From positions 18,822 to 82,821 of the forward strand of contig CAYSSP010000006.1 of the NCBI GenBank assembly GCA_964433815.1: 64,000 bases of DNA, written 5' to 3'. This document shows, one piece after another, positions 1 through 8,369 of the stretch. Positions within the stretch are counted from its first letter, which is position 1; each line of letters opens with the position of its first letter. The position numbers and the translations under genes are program-made. Origin of the DNA: an uncultured Candidatus Cloacimonadota bacterium (GTDB taxonomy: Bacteria; Cloacimonadota; Cloacimonadia; Cloacimonadales; Cloacimonadaceae). The notes under the pieces were generated by a model. The model ran no database searches. It was not told the origin of the DNA and was given only the letters and a program-made list of their open reading frames with translations.

Positions 1-914
1 AAGAGATGAGCTACATCAGCGCAAACAATACCCGCGCAACCGCAAGCACCACCCAGACTCTGCCTTCCAGAGCTATGCAGAATGGTAGCCTGCGTGGTGA
101 GCCCGCTCTTCCCAGAGTGATCCGTGATGACAACGACAGCACACGTGCCCTTACCGGTTACAAAGTCTGGCGTCTCACATCCGGCAACGAAGCAAATCCG
201 GATAGCTGGACTCTGCTGACCGCTCAAGACATCACTCTTACCGAACTCACCGATCCGGGCTGGGGAACCTTGGTCAATGGAGATTACCGCTGGGCAGTGA
301 AAGCCGTCTATACAAACAACGTGCTTTCCGCACCCGCCTTCAGTAATATCCTGCACAAAGAGACCCTCACCGGTATGATCAGCGGTTTGGTGCGCCAGAC
401 CAATAATCAGCCGATTCCCGGTGCAACCGTGACAGCAGGAACCTACACCGCCACAACCAACAACTCCGGTGCTTATGTCCTGATCGTTCCGACCGGTGTC
501 TATACGGTTACCGCATCTGCCGCAAACTACCAGACCGGTAGCCAGGCTGATGTTGTCGTAAACCACAACCAAACCACAACGGTCAACTTCAATCTGATCC
601 CCGGATCCGATGCAGATGATCCCAATACTCCTGTCGCTACAACCGCCCTGGTTGGCAATTACCCCAATCCTTTCAATCCCAGAACCACCCTCAGATACGA
701 CCTCAAGGATAATGCTCACGTCCGCATAGATATCTATAACTATCGTGGACAGTTGATCAAGACCTTGATCAATTCTGACAAGGCAGCCGGACGCCACAGC
801 GTCGATTGGGATGGAACGGATCAACAGGGTATGCCTGTTTCCAGCGGTGTTTACTACTACAAGATGTTCTCCGGTAGCTATAGCAGCACCCGGAAGATGG
901 TCTTGATGAAGTAA
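1..914 (+). CDS. C-terminal part of a large secreted protein (5' end outside the window): FN3-like segment, carboxypeptidase-regulatory-like beta-sandwich, T9SS/FlgD-Ig-like C-terminal sorting domain
   Basis: The frame is open to the window edge. 'GMISGLVRQTNNQPIPGATVTAGTYTATTNNSGAYVLIVPTGVYTVTASAANYQT' fits the CarboxypepD_reg pattern. The terminal 'NYPNPFNPRTTLRYDL..IDIYNYRGQLIKTL..WDGTDQQGMPVSSGVYYYKM' is the typical FCB-group sorting domain. A hairpin terminator follows. Confidence 0.8.
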   Translation, partial: EMSYISANNTRATASTTQTLPSRAMQNGSLRGEPALPRVIRDDNDSTRALTGYKVWRLTSGNEANPDSWTLLTAQDITLTELTDPGWGTLVNGDYRWAVKAVYTNNVLSAPAFSNILHKETLTGMISGLVRQTNNQPIPGATVTAGTYTATTNNSGAYVLIVPTGVYTVTASAANYQTGSQADVVVNHNQTTTVNFNLIPGSDADDPNTPVATTALVGNYPNPFNPRTTLRYDLKDNAHVRIDIYNYRGQLIKTLINSDKAAGRHSVDWDGTDQQGMPVSSGVYYYKMFSGSYSSTRKMVLMK

Positions 915-934
915 TCTAATCTAAACAGATAGAT

Positions 935-965
935 AGCGGGATGCCTTTGGGTGTCCCGCTTTTTA
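935..965 (+). terminator. Rho-independent terminator
   Basis: Stem agcggga (935-941) pairs with tcccgct (954-960). A TTTT run follows, 21 nt after the TAA at 912-914. Confidence 0.7.
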
Positions 966-1077
966 TTGGGGATACTAATCCGATGGTGCCTGCTGCAGAT
1001 GCCTCCTGACTCTTTGGAGACAAGGAAGCCCCCCCTATCGAGCCACCCGGTAAAAGCCGGGTATTGGTCTGGAGATT

Positions 1078-1111
1078 CCCGGGCGTTCACCCGGGGATCA
1101 CCCGGGCATCA
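1078..1111. repeat. Three tandem 11-12 nt units, each starting CCCGGG
   Basis: cccgggcgttca / cccggggatca / cccgggcatca, read directly. The period is about one helical turn. Confidence 0.7.
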
Positions 1112-1216
1112 CCTGAGGATTGCCAGAGCATTCTATAGGATAGCGGGGGCGAAGCGCCGGGAGATTCCTGCCTACACGACTCATCAAAGCATGCGCTTTG
1201 CTGATTCGTTCGCAGG

Positions 1217-1362
1217 AATGACGGAGGGTGTTAGGGATTGGTGAATGGGTGCCTTTATAGAATTACGGATAGGGATAGGGTTGGGGTTTGGGGAGTGGGT
1301 GGTTGATATGTGTAACGGATGGTGTTCGGGATTGGGAATAGATGCCTTTTTAGAATGACGGA
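1217..1362. repeat. Two direct copies of a ~53-bp repeat separated by a G-tract block
   Basis: 1217-1269 'aatgacggagggtgttagggattggtgaatgggtgcctttatagaattacgga' against 1311-1362 'tgtaacggatggtgttcgggattgggaatagatgcctttttagaatgacgga'. Most positions match. The spacer 1272-1299 has five G3-4 runs. Confidence 0.65.
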
Positions 1363-1403
1363 CAGGTTCGTGATGAGAAGAAACCTCGAACCATGCGCAG
1401 CGC

Positions 1404-1430
1404 TAACTGCCTAACTACTAACTACTAACT
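1404..1430. repeat. Tandem heptamer (TAACTAC-like) array abutting the phnC stop codon
   Basis: taactgcc taactac taactac taact, read directly. Confidence 0.6.
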
Positions 1431-1432
1431 CG

Positions 1433-2176
1433 CTATATAATCTGCGCGTCTTCTCCATAGATCTGCTTGAAGCGGCTTTCATCGATATCCCCGGGCTCTC
1501 CTTCAAAGGCGCAGATGCCATCCTTGAGAGCATAGACACGATTTCCGTATCTGCGAGCAAGGCTAAGGAAATGCAGGCTGCAGATCACGCTGATGCCATC
1601 GCGTCGGTTGATCTCGCCCAGGTATTGCATTATCGAATCTGCAGTTGCCGGATCCAGGCTTGCCACTGGTTCGTCTGCCAAGATCAATTCCGGTTCTTGC
1701 ATCAGAGCGCGGGCAATTGCCACTCGTTGTTGCTGCCCACCGGAGAGCTGTTTTACAATCCGCTTGCTATAATTTGCCAAGCCCACCCGTTCCAGATTGT
1801 GCTGTGCCAGCTCGAGATCGTGCTTGTTAAATCCTGATGCCACAGAGTGATATCCCAGGCGTCCGGTCAGCACATTGGTCATCACAGTCAGGTTTTTTAC
1901 CAGGTTAAACTGCTGAAAGACCATCGCTATTTTGCGCCGGTAGGCTCGGAGTTCCTGTCCCTTGAGGTCGATTATGGAGCGTCCCTCGTAGATAATGTCT
2001 CCACCGGTAGGCTCAATCAGGCGGTTGATACAGCGCAAGAGTGTTGATTTTCCGGAGCCGGATAGACCTAATAGAATCACAAAATCACTTCTATTGAGCT
2101 CTAGGGAGATCTCGTTGACAGCCTTGTAACTGCCATCGTAGCTTTTGACTAAGTTCTTTACTTCTAATTGCTTCAT
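1433..2176 (-). CDS. phnC: Phosphonate/phosphite-type ABC transporter ATP-binding protein
   Basis: Walker A '[17 protein letters not shown]', signature '[15 protein letters not shown]', Walker B 'LILADEP'. The PhnC-like N-terminus is '[12 protein letters not shown]'. It overlaps the phnD stop in a TAATG junction. Confidence 0.8.
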   Translation of the reverse strand: MKQLEVKNLVKSYDGSYKAVNEISLELNRSDFVILLGLSGSGKSTLLRCINRLIEPTGGDIIYEGRSIIDLKGQELRAYRRKIAMVFQQFNLVKNLTVMTNVLTGRLGYHSVASGFNKHDLELAQHNLERVGLANYSKRIVKQLSGGQQQRVAIARALMQEPELILADEPVASLDPATADSIMQYLGEINRRDGISVICSLHFLSLARRYGNRVYALKDGICAFEGEPGDIDESRFKQIYGEDAQII

Positions 2177-3102
2177 TACTTCAACATATCGGCAGGATCC
2201 ATATCCATTGATTTCAGGGTCTGCCTTACGACGTCGTAATCCTTGTCAGTGGCAGGCACCAATCCATCAATATCATAGAGAGCCATCAGGGTCTGAACTC
2301 CGGCTTCGGAAGCGGCAAACTTTGCCAATGCGGCTGTGACCTTGGCGCTGAGCTCTGCGGGAAGGTCTTTGCGGAAAGTGACTGTGTCGTTCGGAATCCA
2401 ATCTGAGAAGCCGATGATGGCAACTTTATCGATCACATCGGGATGAGTTTCGAGTAGTTTCTCGCGAGCATCTTTGGGACGGCCGGTCTTGTCGTCCGGA
2501 GACCAGTAGGAACAGGCTACATCAGCACGTCCGGTATAGACTGCGAGTATGGCTTGGGTGTGTCCGCCGGCAAAGATCATGTCGCGAGGTTTGATTCCGC
2601 GCTGCTTCAGGATGGCAGAAGGATAGATATAGCCGGAGGTTGAGGCTGCATCGGTATAGGCAATCACCTTGCCTTCGATATCTTCGATGCTTTTGATATT
2701 GCTGTCTTTGAGCGCAACAAACTGTCCGCGGTAGTTCTTCAGACCATTACGTACGGTCATAAACTGCACCTGGGCATCATACTTTTCGTGAGCCAGGATG
2801 TAAGCATAAGTGGCAAGCCAGGCTATATCAGCCTGATTGGAGCCAAGAGCCTCGATCACGGCTGCGTAGCTGGTGGGAACAGCGACCTTGAAATGATAAC
2901 CTGTCTCCTGCTGCAGAAAATCCGCGATGGCTTCTCCACTGGCAACGACCTTGCCGGCTTCCAGGGAAGGTACAAAGTACATCTTTATCGGGTTGCGTTT
3001 GCTACCCAAATCGCGGTTAGCCCGTTCCAAGCGAGATTGCTCTGTGCCGCAGGAACTCAATACCACAGCCAAAATCAGCAAAAATAATATCCTGAATTTC
3101 AT
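2176..3102 (-). CDS. phnD: Phosphate/phosphite/phosphonate ABC transporter substrate-binding lipoprotein
   Basis: PhnD-family pattern ('YFVPS', 'GKVIAYTDAASTSGYIYP'). The start is set at MKFRILFLLILAVVLSSCG (lipobox), with GAAGGAG 6 nt upstream of the ATG at 3102. Confidence 0.75.
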   Translation of the reverse strand: MKFRILFLLILAVVLSSCGTEQSRLERANRDLGSKRNPIKMYFVPSLEAGKVVASGEAIADFLQQETGYHFKVAVPTSYAAVIEALGSNQADIAWLATYAYILAHEKYDAQVQFMTVRNGLKNYRGQFVALKDSNIKSIEDIEGKVIAYTDAASTSGYIYPSAILKQRGIKPRDMIFAGGHTQAILAVYTGRADVACSYWSPDDKTGRPKDAREKLLETHPDVIDKVAIIGFSDWIPNDTVTFRKDLPAELSAKVTAALAKFAASEAGVQTLMALYDIDGLVPATDKDYDVVRQTLKSMDMDPADMLK

Positions 3103-3128
3103 CTTTACTCCTTCATAAAAGCTATAAA

Positions 3129-4400
3129 TCACTGCCAATCCCAGTCTTCAAAGAACTGATCGACAATTAATAAGTTACGCTGCCACAGCTCTTTCATCTC
3201 GATTGGACTTGCTCCGTCGAGAGTTTTGTTTTCATAATTGAACATAGCCGAGCTGAGGATGGGAATCTCGTTTGCCTCCAAGACAAGCTGATCCTTGAGA
3301 TCACTGAAACTAAGCAATCCTGCCACGCTGATCTGGGGGCCGCAGAAACGGTTTTCGATCATCTGGACGCGTACCTTTTGACCCTCCAGCTTGCTGTTCA
3401 GGTATTCGGCAATCTTGGTAATCTCCGTTAAGGCTGATCTGCCGGTAAGCATCACGTAATCAGCAGGATGCTTGCGAAGTTCCTTGAGGAATCTGGCTTT
3501 CTTGCCATTGAACTTGCTCTTGAGCAGCCTGAGCATCCCAATGCCGTTTTCTATCTGGGGAAAATCATTGTAATAAGATGCTTTGGGGATGGGAAGCTCC
3601 GCCAGGACATAGAACTCGTCCGCCGCGTAAACATTTGGCACATCAAGCTCTTGACGGATAGAGTCTATCCTTTGTAAGCAGTCCATAGCCAGCGCTTTAT
3701 CAAAAGCTCTCAGTTCCGGCAGTCCGTCTCTGTACGCAGTGAGACCTACGGGTACGATTCCTACGGAGATTACTTGTTCACCCAGATTTGCCAGATCTCT
3801 CAAGCTGCGGCTCAGCTCTTCCCCATCATTGTAGCCGGGCACACAGACAATCTGGATGTTCATCTCTATGCGGTGCTTTGCCAATGTTTTGAGCGCTTGC
3901 AGGATGTCAAAATCCCTGCGGTAGCCCATCATCTTGCGGCGAAGTCTGCTATCGGTGGTATGAACGGAGATATAGAGAGGGCTGATACGCTGCGTTACTA
4001 TCCTGCGAAGATCATCCTCGCTAAGGTTTGTAAGCGAGATGTAGTTGCCAAAGACAAAGGAATATACAAAGTCGTCGTCTTTAACATAGAGACTATCACG
4101 CAAGCCTGGAGGCATCTGATCGATAAAGCAAAAGACACAGCGGTTGTGACACCTGCGGCACTCATAGGCTACCGGCTCGATTCCCAAGGCTCTATTGAGC
4201 TCCCTGATAACCTGCACCTCACGTTCCTTACCCGCCTTATCCTCAAGCTTGATCAAAAGCTCCGGCTGGCTGGAATAGAACTGCAGATCAAGAAAATCCC
4301 TGATGGGATTGCCATTGATACTCAGTATGGTCTCACCTGCTTTGATGCCATGCTTGGCAGCAGATGAACGGCTTAGGATTTGAGCTATCTCAAGAGGCAT
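3129..4400 (-). CDS. DUF512-family protein (PDZ plus radical-SAM-like Fe-S domain)
   Basis: N-terminal PDZ-like 'GIKAGETILSINGNPIRD'. Cys cluster 'CRRCHNRCVFCFIDQ'. Length and layout are typical of DUF512/TIGR03279-type proteins. Confidence 0.65.
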   Translation of the reverse strand: MPLEIAQILSRSSAAKHGIKAGETILSINGNPIRDFLDLQFYSSQPELLIKLEDKAGKEREVQVIRELNRALGIEPVAYECRRCHNRCVFCFIDQMPPGLRDSLYVKDDDFVYSFVFGNYISLTNLSEDDLRRIVTQRISPLYISVHTTDSRLRRKMMGYRRDFDILQALKTLAKHRIEMNIQIVCVPGYNDGEELSRSLRDLANLGEQVISVGIVPVGLTAYRDGLPELRAFDKALAMDCLQRIDSIRQELDVPNVYAADEFYVLAELPIPKASYYNDFPQIENGIGMLRLLKSKFNGKKARFLKELRKHPADYVMLTGRSALTEITKIAEYLNSKLEGQKVRVQMIENRFCGPQISVAGLLSFSDLKDQLVLEANEIPILSSAMFNYENKTLDGASPIEMKELWQRNLLIVDQFFEDWDWQ

Positions 4401-5524
4401 TAGGTATTCCTGATCCTGTCATAGCGGTACTTGAAGCGCTTCAACCCTTCAAATATGGTGCGGGCAAGGCGATTCTGGTATTGAGGATTAACCAGCTTTG
4501 CTTCCTCGTCTTCGTTTGAGATAAAGCCCAGCTCAATGAGGATAGCCGGCATGAAGGCTCCACGCAGCACAAAGAAATTTGCCTGACGCACACCTCGGTC
4601 CTGTCCCCGGGTACCGGCCACGAGGTTTTGATGCACCAAGGTCGCAAGAGTATTGCTGTTTTCAAGATGTTCGGTCTGGCTCAGGTCACTCAGGATAAAG
4701 GCCAGCGCATCATACTGCTGGCGTGCTCCTGCCTCTTCATAGAGCTCCACAACATTGTTTTCAAGAGCTTCGACCGCTCTGGAATCAGATGTCCCTGCTG
4801 TGGAAAGGTAGTAAGTCTCGATCCCGTTCCCTGCTCTTCCGGTGGCTGAATTGGTATGGATAGAGACAAAGAGATCAGCCCGGTTGTCGTTTGCAAAGCG
4901 AGTGCGAGCCCCCAAAGACATAAATTCATCATTATCCCGAGTTATCAGCACACGCACGCCCAGTTCCCGTTCCAACATTGCTTTGAGCTGTCTGGCAACT
5001 GCAAGATTGATATCCTTTTCCTTGGCCCTGAGCGTCCTGCCGACCGCTCCCGGATCTCTCCCGCCATGCCCCGGATCCAGCACTATTGTCTGTACAGAGC
5101 GATCCGGCGGAACGTCCACCTGCAGGCCATTACCGCTCCTGGTGATCTTTCCGGAAAGCCTTTGGGGCAGATGTTCACGGATAAAGACCGCCGGCAGCCA
5201 GGTCTTGGATTGCCTTAACAGGATGGGGTACTGCATATTGTAATGCTCGTTTCCAAAGGTATAATAAGGGGTGTCCACGAGAAAGATAAACTGCTCGCCA
5301 TAGATATAGAGAAAGACCTTATTATCGCTATACTCGTGCTTTAGCATAGATTTGAAGACAGGATTGATGACCTCTGTATCGATATAATCGATCCCATCGA
5401 TGCTCTGCGTGCGTAGATTGTGAGGACGCGTCGTACCCCTGATCTGAACCGAGATATCCGCAAACAGCGAGCCGTAAAGAACGACCAGCAAGATGGACAA
5501 AACAAGTCTGACTTTTTTATTCAT
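4400..5524 (-). CDS. N-acetylmuramoyl-L-alanine amidase (Amidase_3 family)
   Basis: 'IVLDPGHGGRDPGAVG...KEKDINLAVARQL...LITRDNDEFMSLGARTRFANDNRADLFVSIHTNS'. The start is set at MNKKVRLVLSILLVV (signal peptide), where it forms an ATGA overlap with the upstream gene at 5521-5524. Confidence 0.85.
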   Translation of the reverse strand: MNKKVRLVLSILLVVLYGSLFADISVQIRGTTRPHNLRTQSIDGIDYIDTEVINPVFKSMLKHEYSDNKVFLYIYGEQFIFLVDTPYYTFGNEHYNMQYPILLRQSKTWLPAVFIREHLPQRLSGKITRSGNGLQVDVPPDRSVQTIVLDPGHGGRDPGAVGRTLRAKEKDINLAVARQLKAMLERELGVRVLITRDNDEFMSLGARTRFANDNRADLFVSIHTNSATGRAGNGIETYYLSTAGTSDSRAVEALENNVVELYEEAGARQQYDALAFILSDLSQTEHLENSNTLATLVHQNLVAGTRGQDRGVRQANFFVLRGAFMPAILIELGFISNEDEEAKLVNPQYQNRLARTIFEGLKRFKYRYDRIRNT

Positions 5525-6447
5525 AAACCGATTGATTCCCTGTTTTCGTGAGTGTTTGGGGCGATGAAGTCCGGAGTCCAATCCGAACTACAGGATAGCT
5601 CCTGAATCCAGACATTCCGAAATCCCCTGGCTTGGACAGCCTCCACAGCTTGTTCGTATTCCAGAGCCGTGATACCCCGGTTAAGCTCCGGATACTCTGC
5701 TGCCTTGTTAGTAGGATAATACTGCGCCATCAGGCTAAGCTGTACTTCTGTTCCCACTACCTCCACGATAGTATCCAGAATGCGTGATATACCGGCAAGA
5801 TTATTTGGTAAGACCAGTATTCTGATGATCAGACCCCGCTGAGCAATGCCATCCTGATCCGGTGAAAGGTGCCCTAATTGTCTCTGCATCTCCGAGATTG
5901 CCTTGGCCGCCACTTCCGGATAATCCCTCGCCGAGCTGTACTTCTTGCTAAAAGCCGCAAAAGCATACTTGTAATCCGGCATATAGATATCAACCAAGCC
6001 TTCCAAAGCCCTGATTGATTCCTGATGCTCATAACCGTTTGAGTTCCAGACTATGGGTATTACCAAGCCCTGCCCTTTGGCAAGCTTGATGGCTTGGACT
6101 ATCTGGATTTGATAGTGAGTGGGGCTTACGAAGTTTATATTGTGCGCTCCCTGTGCCTGTAGCTTCAGCATCATTTGTGCAAGCTCTTCCTCCGTACAAT
6201 ACTCTCCCCAGCCCAAGGAAGATATTTCGTAATTCTGACAAAAGACACAGTTTAAGTTGCAATGGGACAGAAAGATCGTTCCACTGCCACGAGTTCCGCT
6301 GATGACCGGCTCCTCGCCAAAATGTAGCTGAGCCAGATTGACTTTGAGCTTTGCCCCTGCCTTGCAAAAGCCCAAGCTCGTATAGCGATCCACCCCGCAA
6401 TTTCTGGGGCAGATACGGCAAGCAGTGAGCTCGGTATAATGCTTCAT
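5521..6447 (-). CDS. Radical SAM protein, PflX-like (COG1313-type activase)
   Basis: 'CRICPRNCGVDR' plus the CX3CX2C motif 'CNLNCVFCQNYEIS'. Confidence 0.7.
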   Translation of the reverse strand: MKHYTELTACRICPRNCGVDRYTSLGFCKAGAKLKVNLAQLHFGEEPVISGTRGSGTIFLSHCNLNCVFCQNYEISSLGWGEYCTEEELAQMMLKLQAQGAHNINFVSPTHYQIQIVQAIKLAKGQGLVIPIVWNSNGYEHQESIRALEGLVDIYMPDYKYAFAAFSKKYSSARDYPEVAAKAISEMQRQLGHLSPDQDGIAQRGLIIRILVLPNNLAGISRILDTIVEVVGTEVQLSLMAQYYPTNKAAEYPELNRGITALEYEQAVEAVQARGFRNVWIQELSCSSDWTPDFIAPNTHENRESIGL

Positions 6448-6836
6448 CAGAGCTTGAACTGACCCGGTAACAAAGTCTTCAGATCGGTTACCTGAAAACC
6501 GTTTAAATTGGCATAGATCACTTTGAGATCCGGGCTAAATTCTGCCATTACCTGGCGGCAAGCACCACAGGGCGGAAAATCCCGGTCGCTATCGACATAG
6601 ATGGCAATCGCCGAAAACTCTTTGTAGCCGGCGTTTACTGCCTTGAAGATCGCACTACGCTCGGCACAAATAGTTAGGGAATATGAGGCATTTTCGACGT
6701 TTGCACCCGTGAAGATCTCACCTGAAGCCGTTAATATAGCTGATCCCACACGATATCCCGAATAGGGGGCATAAGCATTGATTGCTGCTTCTTTGGCAAG
6801 TGCGAGCAACTTCTGATCTGTATTATCCAGATTCAT
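6447..6836 (-). CDS. cdd: Cytidine deaminase
   Basis: 129 aa. 'APYSGYRVGSAIL..G.NVENASY..T.CAERSAIF' and the zinc motif 'PCGACRQVMAEF'. Confidence 0.9.
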   Translation of the reverse strand: MNLDNTDQKLLALAKEAAINAYAPYSGYRVGSAILTASGEIFTGANVENASYSLTICAERSAIFKAVNAGYKEFSAIAIYVDSDRDFPPCGACRQVMAEFSPDLKVIYANLNGFQVTDLKTLLPGQFKL

Positions 6837-6837
6837 T

Positions 6838-7938
6838 TTATCCTACCAAAGCCAGTATCAGACCACCAGCGATAACGCTGCCAATTTGACCGCCGACATT
6901 GACGCTTACTGCAGGCATCAACAGGAAGTTGAAAGGATCTTCTTTCTGCCCCATCTGGTGAATCACCCGGGCAGACATCGGGAAGGCTGAAATCCCGCAG
7001 GCACCGATCATCGGATTGATCTTGTGTTTGCGGAAGATATTCAATAGCTTGGCAAAAAGCACCCCGCCGGCTGTATCAAAGACGAAGGCCACTATGCCCA
7101 AAAGCATTATATAAAGAGTCTGTGGCTTCAGGAAGGCAGGACCCTGCATCGTAGATGCGATCGTGATGCCCAATAGAATCGTCACGATATTGCCCAGTTC
7201 TCCCTGTGCTGTCTTGGAAAGCCCTTCCAATACCCCGCATTCGCGGATCAGATTGCCAAACATCAAAAAGCCAATCAGCGCCACAGAGGAAGGCACAAAG
7301 ATCCCCGCTATCAGGGTTATAGCTATAGGAAAGATGATCTTGATGATCTTGGGAACGTCATCAGCGTGGTAATCCATATGGATCAGGCGCTCTTTTTTGG
7401 ATGTAAGCAGCTTGATGATGGGAGGCTGGATCAGTGGTACCAGCGCCATATAAGAATATGCCGCGACAGATATCGGACCCAAGAGATTGGGAGCGAATTT
7501 ATTAGCAACATAGATCGATGTAGGCCCATCCGCTGCTCCGATGATGCCGATTGAGGCTGCTTCCTTGAGATCAAATCCCAAAAGGGTCGCGCCGATTATC
7601 GTGACAAAGATGCCCAATTGCGCAGCCGCTCCAAAAAGCAGCATAAAAGGATTCTTGAGTAGTGGTGAGAAATCTATCATAGCGCCAATAGCGATGAAGA
7701 TCAAAAGCGGAAACAATTCCGTGCTGATGCCTGCCTTGAAGAGGACTGTCAGAGCTCCGTGCTCGCCAACAGCGGCAGAGCCGGGTATATTGGTCAAAAT
7801 CGTGCCAAAACCTATTGGTAAAAGCAATGCCGGCTCGTATTTCTTGCTGATTGCCAGCCAGATCAGGACGAGCCCGACAACGATCATTATCAGTTCTTGA
7901 TAGGGGAAGCCGGAGGCTCCCGCAAAGCTTATACCCAT
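6838..7938 (-). CDS. Sodium-ion-translocating decarboxylase beta subunit (OadB/GcdB/MmdB family)
   Basis: Polytopic 366-aa protein with family-typical 'LLLPIGFGTILTNIPG' and 'GIIGAADGPTSIYV'. No alpha, gamma or delta subunit genes are adjacent. Confidence 0.8.
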   Translation of the reverse strand: MGISFAGASGFPYQELIMIVVGLVLIWLAISKKYEPALLLPIGFGTILTNIPGSAAVGEHGALTVLFKAGISTELFPLLIFIAIGAMIDFSPLLKNPFMLLFGAAAQLGIFVTIIGATLLGFDLKEAASIGIIGAADGPTSIYVANKFAPNLLGPISVAAYSYMALVPLIQPPIIKLLTSKKERLIHMDYHADDVPKIIKIIFPIAITLIAGIFVPSSVALIGFLMFGNLIRECGVLEGLSKTAQGELGNIVTILLGITIASTMQGPAFLKPQTLYIMLLGIVAFVFDTAGGVLFAKLLNIFRKHKINPMIGACGISAFPMSARVIHQMGQKEDPFNFLLMPAVSVNVGGQIGSVIAGGLILALVG

Positions 7939-8126
7939 CGTATAAACTCCTTCTTTTAGTATGAAGGCAATTCAAATACAAGTCTTGTCTGTGTCAATTC
8001 TTTTCCTGAATACAGCCACCAATTATCCTCTCTCTCACTGTTTACACACGTAAAAGTAGAGATATTACGCCGCGCTGTATGTGCAGAATGTGTGCCTTGC
8101 GACTGAAGTTATTCCCCATTTTCCCT

Positions 8127-8217
8127 ATTGATCTACAGCATATCAAGAGCAAATCAAGAGCAAATCACCTCGAACCCGGTTCGACTTGATTTGCTCTTGA
8201 TTTGCTCTTGATATCCA
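8127..8217. repeat. Palindromic dispersed repeat, family A, copy 1
   Basis: atcaagagcaaatcaagagcaaatca-cctcgaacccggttcgac-ttgatttgctcttgatttgctcttgat. The arms are ~26 bp and each contains a tandem 'atcaagagcaa' duplication. The second copy is at 30450-30535. Confidence 0.85.
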
Positions 8218-8369
8218 GTTGACTAAGCTGAGAGTATAGAGAGAGAACAGTCATCCTGGCTGATAGGAAATTTGTCCATAGACGGATGGACATTATGGAC
8301 GTGATGGACTACAAGCTGGACGCTCACACCATCTCGTCACTTGTATCAGCGCTACTGATCACTGATCAC

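Noticed and set aside
951-1244. A 97-aa plus-strand ORF in the convergent spacer
   Set aside because: It starts inside the terminator hairpin of the upstream gene. It has no RBS, its composition is Arg/Gly/Pro-biased, and it reads straight through the tandem CCCGGG repeats. It looks like an artefact of repetitive GC-rich DNA.
3774-4367. A 197-aa plus-strand ORF antisense to the DUF512 gene
   Set aside because: It is a shadow ORF of a well-supported minus-strand gene that is embedded in a translationally coupled operon.
8142-8212. Family A repeat as a mini-CRISPR array or tRNA-like gene (it contains GGTTCGA)
   Set aside because: The internal repeats are contiguous 11-mers with no spacers. 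The whole element is one hairpin. GGTTCGA is not embedded in a cloverleaf, since there is no acceptor or anticodon arm. No cas genes are nearby.
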